Shown here piece after piece: positions 53,824 to 61,391 of a stretch of 64,000 nucleotides of DNA (positions within the stretch are counted from its first letter, which is position 1; every line of letters begins with the position of its first letter). Both the position numbers and the translations under genes were made by a program. The notes under the pieces were generated by a model. It did not search any database, was not told the origin of the DNA, and worked only from the letters and a program-made list of their open reading frames with translations. The stretch lies in assembly GCA_947304155.1 (NCBI GenBank), contig CAMZAD010000003.1, positions 7,345 to 71,344 of the forward strand. The letters run 5' to 3'. The DNA comes from an uncultured Candidatus Saccharibacteria bacterium (lineage in GTDB: Bacteria > Patescibacteriota > Saccharimonadia > Saccharimonadales > Saccharimonadaceae).

Positions 53824-55188
53824 ATGTTTGATGTGTGGAAAAATGTTTTAGCTGAGATTGAACAGCTTATTTCCCGCGAAAAATTCATCACTTATCTTCA
53901 AAAAACTACTCTTGAATCAATTGAAGATGGGCATATAAAAATTGGCGTGCCAAATGTGTTTATGAGCACAAATGTACGTAGACTTTTTGATAAAAATATT
54001 CGAGAGGCTCTTAAAAACAACAATATTGAGGTAGTTGATACAGAATATATAATCGTAAACACGACCAATAAGGTTAAAAAATCTCGCGAAGTTGATATTA
54101 GTAAACCAGAAAAGAAAACTTTTGATACAAAAAAAATCAGTAATACTCCTATTTATAGCACTATTTCCACAGGGTTGCAGCCAGATTACACCTTCGACAC
54201 CTTTGTTGTAGGTAGTAATAATGATTTGGCTTTCTCGGTTGCTAAGCGTATCTGCGAAGAACCTGGTGGAAAATATAATCCTTTCTTCCTTTATGGTAAG
54301 TCCGGCCTTGGTAAAACCCACCTTGTTCAAGCAATCGGCAATGAACTCTTAAAAAAGAATCCTAAATTAAAAATTCTCTATACCCCAGTAAATCATTTTT
54401 ACGACGACTTTATTAATTCAATTCGTAAAAATCAGCAGGATTTCTTTAAGAAAAAATATGGAAACCTTGATGTTTTAATTATTGATGATTTTCAATTAAT
54501 TACCGGTAAAGAGAAAAGTCAGGAGGAATTCTTCAACCTCTTTAATGACATGCACCTTTCTAATCGTCAGATCATTATTACATCAGATCGCTTACCAAGT
54601 GAAATTAAGACGGTTGACCCAAGGTTAGCTTCAAGGCTAACCCAGACCGGTGCCTATGATATTCAACTTCCTTCTTTTGAGGATCGCTGCGCAATCTTAA
54701 GTGCGAAGGCTGAGCTTAATCATGTAAATATTGAACGCGAAGCAATCGAATATATTGCAGAAAACGTTAAAACAAACATTCGCGACCTTGGTGCTGAATA
54801 TGATAAGCTACTCGCTTATGCTGATTTACGCGGCGTAACCCCACTTGAGATTATTAATTCCGGCTATAGTAACCCATCCACTTCTGTAGCAAGACACAAT
54901 ACAGTTACTCCAAAGAAGATTATTGATAAGACTGCAAAATTTTATAGCATGGAAACTTCGGTCATGCTCAGCAAAAGTCGCGTTTCAAATATCAAGAATG
55001 CCCGCCAAGTAGCGATGTATCTTATGCAAAGAGAACTTGGACTTTCTACCACTAAAATTGCGCGCGAACTCGGCATGAAAGACCACACCACTATTATGAA
55101 TGGTCTTGATCGCATCGAAAGTTCTATGAAGATGGATTTTAAACTCCGTGAAGAGATTAACCAAATAAGAGAAAAAATCTATGAATAA
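53824..55188 (+). CDS. dnaA: Chromosomal replication initiator DnaA
   Basis: AAA+ Walker A GKSGLGKTHL, Walker B LIIDDFQ, and the C-terminal DNA-binding helix (ARQVAMYLMQRELGLSTTKIARELGMKDHTTIMNG). Confidence 0.97.
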   Translation: MFDVWKNVLAEIEQLISREKFITYLQKTTLESIEDGHIKIGVPNVFMSTNVRRLFDKNIREALKNNNIEVVDTEYIIVNTTNKVKKSREVDISKPEKKTFDTKKISNTPIYSTISTGLQPDYTFDTFVVGSNNDLAFSVAKRICEEPGGKYNPFFLYGKSGLGKTHLVQAIGNELLKKNPKLKILYTPVNHFYDDFINSIRKNQQDFFKKKYGNLDVLIIDDFQLITGKEKSQEEFFNLFNDMHLSNRQIIITSDRLPSEIKTVDPRLASRLTQTGAYDIQLPSFEDRCAILSAKAELNHVNIEREAIEYIAENVKTNIRDLGAEYDKLLAYADLRGVTPLEIINSGYSNPSTSVARHNTVTPKKIIDKTAKFYSMETSVMLSKSRVSNIKNARQVAMYLMQRELGLSTTKIARELGMKDHTTIMNGLDRIESSMKMDFKLREEINQIREKIYE

Positions 55189-55435
55189 TGTGGAAAAGTA
55201 TGCGAAAAACTTTGCGGAAAAATCGTGGAAAAAATATGGAAAAGTTTTAGTGGAAAACTTCCAAAAAGTCGCTTTTACACAAAAATATCGTGAATGTGGG
55301 AAAGTTTTACATAGGTTTATCGCAAAGTTTTACACAACTAAAATCAGCCTTTTATATCTGTTAAATTCGAGTTATACACATTATCCACATAGCCTACTAC
55401 TATTACTACTAAATTATTAATAAAGGAGGAGAAAA
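55189..55435. promoter_or_regulatory. oriC part 2 (dnaA-dnaN intergenic): dense DnaA-box array plus an AT-rich unwinding-like tract
   Basis: Reverse-oriented boxes at 55189-55197, 55213-55221, 55224-55232, 55235-55243, 55249-55257. Forward boxes TTTTACACA 55273-55281 and 55328-55336, TTATACACA 55372-55380, perfect TTATCCACA 55381-55389. AT-rich tactac repeats at 55393-55425. Confidence 0.8.
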
Positions 55436-56539
55436 ATGGAACTAAACGCAAACCAAAGTAAGCTTGCTAAGGCCCTATCGGTTGTTAGTCGTGTAGCTGC
55501 TGGTAGTAAAGCAACTTTACCAATTTTAAACAATGTTCTTATAAGAGTAATCGATAATAAAGTAACATTAACCGCAACCAATCTAGATATGGCTGTAGTT
55601 GATTACTTACCAACTTCAAGCTCTAAAAATGGAGAAATCACTGTACCAGCAAGACTTTTAGCTGATTTTGTGGCAAACCTACCTAAGGGGGATGTAAAAA
55701 TTTCTGTAAAAGACACAAAAGTTACTATCTCTAGTGGAAAATATAAATCAGTTATGAATGGTTCCCTGGTTGATGATTTTCCTGAACTCCCTGAACTTGA
55801 TGAGAAAAAATCTGTAATCTTTAGAATTCCAGTTGATGATTTTAAAAATGGAATGAATAGTGTTAAAATCACTACCTCAAATGACACAACTAGACCTGCT
55901 CTTACTGGTGTATATTTTAATACTTATGAGTCAGGCCTTTACATTGCTGGTACAGATGGGTATAGATTGGCTGAGAAAAAGTTGATTAGTGGTATTTCGA
56001 GCGAAGTAAAAGCAATTGTTCCAACGAGTTCAATTAATGAGGTGCTTAGCTCAATTTCCGACGATGTGGAAGAAGTGGAAATTTTATTTGATGAATCACA
56101 AGTCTGCTTTAGAATGGGTGAAATTGAAATTACATCAAAGTATATTGATGGCTCATTCCCTGATTATCGTAAGTTAATTCCAGAAAAAACTGAAGTTGAT
56201 CTTGAACTTAAAAAATCTGAACTTCTTCGCGTAACTAAACTTGCAGCTTTATTTGCAAAGGAAGTCGGAGGTTCAATTATTCTTGAAACTTCAACTGAAA
56301 AAGGTGCTTTAGTAGTATCGTCGGTTGCTAATGAATTTGGTGAGAATGATTCGGAAATTGAAACTGAAATTTCTGGTGATGCAAGAGTAGTGCTTAATTC
56401 TAGATTCTTACTTGACGCTTTAAATGTGCTTGATGATGAAGATATTAAGGTTGGAATTTCTGGAGCACTTCAGCCAATTCGAATTGAAAATACTAAGAAA
56501 CAAGATTATATTCACATAATAATGCCACTGAAGGGGTAA
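55436..56539 (+). CDS. dnaN: DNA polymerase III beta sliding clamp
   Basis: Typical length and pattern (LPILNNVLI..., TATNLDM, RPALTGVYF..., TDGYRLA, IDGSFPDY). AAAGGAGGAG SD upstream. Confidence 0.95.
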   Translation: MELNANQSKLAKALSVVSRVAAGSKATLPILNNVLIRVIDNKVTLTATNLDMAVVDYLPTSSSKNGEITVPARLLADFVANLPKGDVKISVKDTKVTISSGKYKSVMNGSLVDDFPELPELDEKKSVIFRIPVDDFKNGMNSVKITTSNDTTRPALTGVYFNTYESGLYIAGTDGYRLAEKKLISGISSEVKAIVPTSSINEVLSSISDDVEEVEILFDESQVCFRMGEIEITSKYIDGSFPDYRKLIPEKTEVDLELKKSELLRVTKLAALFAKEVGGSIILETSTEKGALVVSSVANEFGENDSEIETEISGDARVVLNSRFLLDALNVLDDEDIKVGISGALQPIRIENTKKQDYIHIIMPLKG

Positions 56540-56542
56540 AAA

Positions 56543-57571
56543 TTGATTATAAAATCTATTAGTTTGAATAATTTTCGCTGCCACGAGAGTTTTACTTTTG
56601 ATTTTAAAAAGAAAACTTCCGTGATAGTTGGTGAAAATGGTAGTGGAAAAACTTCGATTTTAGAAGCAATTTATGAGGCGGCATGTGGAAAAAGTTTTCG
56701 TGCGGTGGACGCGGATATTTTGAAGCGTGATATGGATTATTATCGGATTGAGCTTCTTTATCTTAATGGTGAAAAAACTATAGTAGTTTATGGTGATGAT
56801 GGGAATGGCGGAATAAAAAAGAATTTTTTAGTGGGTGGTAAAAAATATTTGAGGCTGCCAAAAAAATATCGCTATCCGATTGTTTTATTTTTGCCGGATG
56901 ACTTGCATTTAATTAGCTCTTCCCCAACTAGAAAGCGTGAATTTTTTGATCGTATTGTGGCGGAATTCTATGATACTTATTCGACTGTTTTAAATCGTTA
57001 TGAAAAAGCTTTAAAACAACGAAATGATTTATTGAAACAATGTGCGGAGTATTCTGAAGAAGTGGTGTCACAAATGATTTTTTCATGGAATGTGATGCTT
57101 AGTAAATATGGAACGGAAATTCGTGAAAAGCGTAAAAAAGTAGTTGAAGAAATTAATCAAAGGCTTACGGAAACTTATCGCTCGATTGCAAAAAATCAGG
57201 ATGAAGTTTTTGTGGAATATAAAATTAATGATGGTGAGTGCTCTGAAAGTGAATATCTTAAAAAACTTGAAATGAGTCTTCGTCGAGATTTAATTTTGGG
57301 GCACACAAGTTTTGGTGTACATCGTGATAGTTATGAATTTTTGTTTAATGGAACAGATGCAAATGGTTCGGCGAGTCGCGGTGAAGTCCGTTCAATTATT
57401 TTAGCTTTAAAATTTATTGAAGCACAATTAATTTTTGAGAAGAATGGTAAAAAACCAATTGTGTTGCTTGATGATGTTTTTTCGGAACTTGATGAAACTA
57501 GACAAAAAAGTTTAACGAGAAATTTTAAAGACAATCAAGTTATTATTACAAGTGTTGAAGTTAGTGAGTAA
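56543..57571 (+). CDS. recF: DNA replication/repair protein RecF
   Basis: Walker A GENGSGKTSILEAIY, signature-like GSASRGEVRS, Walker B LLDDVFSELD. TTG start 3 nt after the dnaN stop. Confidence 0.9.
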   Translation: MIIKSISLNNFRCHESFTFDFKKKTSVIVGENGSGKTSILEAIYEAACGKSFRAVDADILKRDMDYYRIELLYLNGEKTIVVYGDDGNGGIKKNFLVGGKKYLRLPKKYRYPIVLFLPDDLHLISSSPTRKREFFDRIVAEFYDTYSTVLNRYEKALKQRNDLLKQCAEYSEEVVSQMIFSWNVMLSKYGTEIREKRKKVVEEINQRLTETYRSIAKNQDEVFVEYKINDGECSESEYLKKLEMSLRRDLILGHTSFGVHRDSYEFLFNGTDANGSASRGEVRSIILALKFIEAQLIFEKNGKKPIVLLDDVFSELDETRQKSLTRNFKDNQVIITSVEVSE

Positions 57572-58090
57572 TTATTTTTTATAAATTACGTTGTTATTTT
57601 GGTCTGTAATTGTAACTAAAAGATTGAACATATCTGATTTTGAGTCTGTAGTTAAGAAATATTTTATTCCGGCGTCTGAAACTAATTCTGCAGTGGTAAT
57701 ATCTTGATTTTCTTCATTGATATTAATAGTGTCTTTAATGACACTAATTCTTTTTATGCCCTCAAGCTTATTAAAATATTCTAAAATGTTAGTTGTTAGT
57801 ATTTCGTATTGTTTGTAACTAAAACCAATTGAAATAAAATCATCAAAACCAACAAGCTCGACACTTTCTGGAAAGTCACCAATTTCAGATTCTTGATTAA
57901 TTTTATAGATAGTTTGGCCTGAAAGCGGGTCGGTTTCTTCTGATGTTTCCCCACCAGTTGTGAAAGTGGTGGTGCTTGTAAGGATGAGGATAATTACTAT
58001 TAAAACTACAATAATTAGAATAAAGAAAACTGGAATGATGAAACGATATTTACGGAGGAAATCTTGAAAATTTAAATTCTTATTTTTCAT
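57572..58090 (-). CDS. Small N-terminally membrane-anchored protein, copy 1 (partner of hydrolase copy 1)
   Basis: MKNKNLNFQDFLRKYRFIIPVFFILIIVVLIVIILIL TM plus a ~120-aa external domain. Paralogue of 59527-60048. 4-nt ATGA overlap with the upstream gene. Confidence 0.6.
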   Translation of the reverse strand: MKNKNLNFQDFLRKYRFIIPVFFILIIVVLIVIILILTSTTTFTTGGETSEETDPLSGQTIYKINQESEIGDFPESVELVGFDDFISIGFSYKQYEILTTNILEYFNKLEGIKRISVIKDTININEENQDITTAELVSDAGIKYFLTTDSKSDMFNLLVTITDQNNNVIYKK

Positions 58091-59499
58091 CTTTTAATTC
58101 CTTTGATATTATAGCTTGACATGCCGCTTCGTTTAAAAATGCCATTTACGACAGCAGTAGGATCATAAGCTTTATTTCCTCTTCTTGTAGAGTCGGCGAT
58201 AAGCCATTTTCCATCCTCGCTTCTTCCGTAAATACCGATATAATGTCCGCCTGTGGAAAATGGAGCTGCGCCGGTTCCACTAGTGTGAATCATCCACCCA
58301 TCATTTAGTGCTTCATTAATTACATTGACAGTATCACCAATATCACGAACGGTGATGTTTTTGTATTGTAGACCATAATGTTCTGCTAAAACTTTAGTAA
58401 TACTCCAAGATGAGCCTGCCCAGTTTCCATTGGAGTCTTTAGCATGCTGTCCGGCTTTTCCGGCAACATCTGCGGTATCACTTGGCAGAATTTCCCTGCC
58501 AAGCAAAGCGGTTGCTAACATAGCAAAAGAGGTTGGCCCACAACCTGATTCTGAAATAGATGTACCGGTTTTTCCATGAATTCCATCTGGACCATACATA
58601 AGATTTCCCCAGCGACTATCACTTTGATAGTATTGTGGAAAATCGCCCGTATAAGGCGATGTACTGTAGGAACATTGAATAACTCCGCCTGTTCCAAAGT
58701 CAACTTGGCTTAAGTCTACTGGAGATATACCAGCAGCTTGTTTGGCGTAGTTAAGACGGGTTGTAAAGGCTTTGTAAGCGGCTTTTGATAATTCTGGATG
58801 AGCAATAAGATTTGCGTATGTTTTAGGATCTTGTATGTTGTCTACGCCGTCCGCAGTGGTTTGATATGAAGAAGCTGGAGTTTCGTAGTCCCTAAATACA
58901 ATAAAGGTGGCTTCTTCGAGGCTAGTTGAGTTTAAGCGGGTTCTGTATGCTGTAAGTTCATTATTTAAGAAGGCTAGTTGTACTGATATGTTATTAACTT
59001 TTCCGTCATTTGAGCTGTTTGCAAAATCTTGAAGGGCTTTTACACGGCCTTTTGAAGTCCATTGTGCAATGCCAAAGCCACCTTTAAAAGTTTTTTCACC
59101 GCTAGTATTGATTAGACGGAAGTTATCATCAACTGTGATATTTTTATTTTCTGGATATTTTTTCTCGAGAGCAAGAGGATTAATGTGGGATTCGGCCATC
59201 AAGTTGCCGATGATAGCATAGGCGGCGTTGGTGGTAAAGCCTTTATTTAAAAGAAAGGCGAGGGCAATGGATTGATTGTCGCCATTTGAGTTAGGATTAT
59301 TTGTAAATGAGAGGTAGGTTGAAGTGGCGCCGTTACATGCACCAAAACCACCTGGGTCGTAAAAAATGATGTGGCTGTTTATTTGTTTGTCGGAGAGACT
59401 GTCGACTTTGTTGGCATAAACTGCAGTTGGTGAGATGAGACAAAATGTAAGAATAAGAAAAGAAGAGATAAAAACATTAAAAAATTTTTTGACCTTCAT
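58087..59499 (-). CDS. Secreted two-domain peptidoglycan hydrolase, copy 1 (lysozyme-like N-domain + C39-like/papain-like Cys peptidase C-domain)
   Basis: Signal peptide. AIIGNLMAESHINP...FKGGFGIAQWTS resembles the phage-tail-lysozyme-type domain. YYQSDSRWGN...ESGCGPTSFAMLA...GGHYIGIYG resembles a C39-like peptidase domain. Confidence 0.65.
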   Translation of the reverse strand: MKVKKFFNVFISSFLILTFCLISPTAVYANKVDSLSDKQINSHIIFYDPGGFGACNGATSTYLSFTNNPNSNGDNQSIALAFLLNKGFTTNAAYAIIGNLMAESHINPLALEKKYPENKNITVDDNFRLINTSGEKTFKGGFGIAQWTSKGRVKALQDFANSSNDGKVNNISVQLAFLNNELTAYRTRLNSTSLEEATFIVFRDYETPASSYQTTADGVDNIQDPKTYANLIAHPELSKAAYKAFTTRLNYAKQAAGISPVDLSQVDFGTGGVIQCSYSTSPYTGDFPQYYQSDSRWGNLMYGPDGIHGKTGTSISESGCGPTSFAMLATALLGREILPSDTADVAGKAGQHAKDSNGNWAGSSWSITKVLAEHYGLQYKNITVRDIGDTVNVINEALNDGWMIHTSGTGAAPFSTGGHYIGIYGRSEDGKWLIADSTRRGNKAYDPTAVVNGIFKRSGMSSYNIKGIKR

Positions 59500-59526
59500 A
59501 TGCTATTATTATAGCATAAGCGGGTA

Positions 59527-60048
59527 TTATTTCTTATAAACAGTGGTATTGTTTTGGTCTATGATTTCAAAAGATAGCTCAAGAATGCTTTCTTTTGTGT
59601 CGGTTTTTAATGTGTAGGTTTGGTTTGTGTTTGTGATGACTTTAGTATAACGAATAGAATCATTGTCAGTATATTCCATACTGTCTTTTATAATACTAAC
59701 TCTTGTAATACCTTTTTCATTAAAGAAGGTTGAGATATTTGTGGTTAAAAAGTCATATTGTGTGTATGTAAAGCCGGTAGTGATATAAATATCAAAACCA
59801 ACTAATTCAATATAGGACGTTCCTTCTGGATTTTCATTTTCTTGATTAATTTTATAAATGGTTTGACCTGAGAGTGGGTCGACTTCTTCTGATGCTTCCC
59901 CGCCTGAAACTAGTGTGGAATCATTTGTAGGTGAGAAAAATGCAAAGAATACTATAACGATAATAACTATTGGAATAATAAAAAGAATTGGGATAATAAA
60001 ACGGTGTTTGCGAAGAAAATCACGTTGGGTTAAATTTTTGTTTTTCAT
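59527..60048 (-). CDS. Small N-terminally membrane-anchored protein, copy 2
   Basis: MKNKNLTQRDFLRKHRFIIPILFIIPIVIIVIVFFAFF TM. Collinear with copy 1 (DPLSGQTIYKINQE shared). 4-nt overlap with the upstream hydrolase. Confidence 0.6.
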   Translation of the reverse strand: MKNKNLTQRDFLRKHRFIIPILFIIPIVIIVIVFFAFFSPTNDSTLVSGGEASEEVDPLSGQTIYKINQENENPEGTSYIELVGFDIYITTGFTYTQYDFLTTNISTFFNEKGITRVSIIKDSMEYTDNDSIRYTKVITNTNQTYTLKTDTKESILELSFEIIDQNNTTVYKK

Positions 60049-61391
60049 AGCCTAATTCCGTTGATGTTTGTGTTACCGTTACTGTATCCAAGAATGCCAT
60101 TAATAACTATTTGTGGGCTATAAGCTTTATTTCCCCTACTAGAATCGGCAACTAACCATTTTCCATCTTCGGTTACCCCATAGATTCCAATAAAGTGTCC
60201 GCCTTCAGAAAATGGAACAGATCCTCTTCCACTAACATGAATCATCCAGCCTTGAGAAAGTTTTTCGGTGATTCTTTGTCCAATCTCACTAGCGTTTTTG
60301 GCGGTGATTTTTTCATATTTAAGTCCATAGTGGTTAGCGAGTATTTGGGTAATTTTCCAGGAAGAGCCCTCCCATTTTCCGTTTGATTGAGCGTGCATGC
60401 CTGCTTTTCCGGCAATGTCGGCAGTTTCACTTGGTAAGATTTCTCGTTTAAGTAATGCGGTTGCTAACATGGCAAAAGAAGTTGGCCCGCAACCTGATTC
60501 TGAGATAGTCGTTCCAGTATTTCCATGTATTCCGCTTGGGCCAAACATGAGATTTCCCCAACGTTTATCATTCTGATAGTATTGTGGGAAGTTTCCGGTG
60601 TATGGGGCTGTGCTATAGCTAGAACAATATAATGAGGATGAAGTGCTTGGAGAGAATGAAGATGAGAGGCCGCCAACTTGTTTTGCATACTTTAGACGAG
60701 TATTAAAAGCGGAGTATGCTGCTCTAGATAATTCTGGATGAGCCATGAGATTTGTGTATGATTCAGGGGCGCGAATATTATTTACACCATCTGTGGTGGT
60801 TTGGTATGAAGAGGCTGGTCTTTCGTAGTCTTTAAATACGATAAAGGTAGCTTCTTCAAGGCTGGAAGCGGTATTTAAATTAGTCTTATGTTGGTTTAGT
60901 TCTTGAACCAGAAACTTAGCTTGAACCACAATGTCGTTGACTTTTCCGCCATTTGTATTATTTGCGAAATTTTGAAGATTTTGAACGCGACCAATCGAGG
61001 TCCATTGCGCAATGCCGAAACCACCTTTGAAGGTTTTCTCGTTGTTGGAAATTAAACGGAAGCTGTCGTCTACTGTAATGCTTTTGTTTTCTGGATATTT
61101 TTTCTCGAGAGCAAGAGGATTAAGGCCAGATTCGCTTTGTAAATTACCAATAACTGCATATGCTGCGTTAGTAGTGTAACCATTGCTAATTAATAAGTTG
61201 TATACAATAGAAACATTATCTCCAAAACCTACAGTACTGTTTTCACAGTTGCTGCTGCTTGGGTCGAAGTAGAAAATATTACTATTGTCAAAGAAATCCC
61301 AGTCTTCCTCACTTAAGGCGAAAACTTGGAGTGGAGCAAGTGAGAGTGAGAGTGAAAAAATGGCGCTTAAAATAATACGAAGTTTTTTCAT
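60045..61391 (-). CDS. Secreted two-domain peptidoglycan hydrolase, copy 2
   Basis: Signal peptide MKKLRIILSAIFSLSLSLAPLQVFA. Same GNLQSESGLNP...GGFGIAQWTS and ESGCGPTSFAMLA...GGHFIGIYG motifs as copy 1. Confidence 0.65.
   Translation of the reverse strand: MKKLRIILSAIFSLSLSLAPLQVFALSEEDWDFFDNSNIFYFDPSSSNCENSTVGFGDNVSIVYNLLISNGYTTNAAYAVIGNLQSESGLNPLALEKKYPENKSITVDDSFRLISNNEKTFKGGFGIAQWTSIGRVQNLQNFANNTNGGKVNDIVVQAKFLVQELNQHKTNLNTASSLEEATFIVFKDYERPASSYQTTTDGVNNIRAPESYTNLMAHPELSRAAYSAFNTRLKYAKQVGGLSSSFSPSTSSSLYCSSYSTAPYTGNFPQYYQNDKRWGNLMFGPSGIHGNTGTTISESGCGPTSFAMLATALLKREILPSETADIAGKAGMHAQSNGKWEGSSWKITQILANHYGLKYEKITAKNASEIGQRITEKLSQGWMIHVSGRGSVPFSEGGHFIGIYGVTEDGKWLVADSSRGNKAYSPQIVINGILGYSNGNTNINGIRL

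Larger units (their letters stand above)
57572..61391 (-). repeat. Tandem duplication of a two-gene cassette (hydrolase + small anchored protein)
   Basis: The two cassettes (57572-59499 and 59527-61391) are collinear at protein level. An identical 37-nt tract occurs at 59147-59183 and 61087-61123. Confidence 0.8.

Noticed and set aside
55181-55420. 79-aa plus-strand ORF between dnaA and dnaN
   Set aside because: Its reading frame is generated by the tandem DnaA boxes (repeated VEK/WKK/GKV codons). It has no SD, overlaps the dnaA stop, and the region is better explained as oriC.
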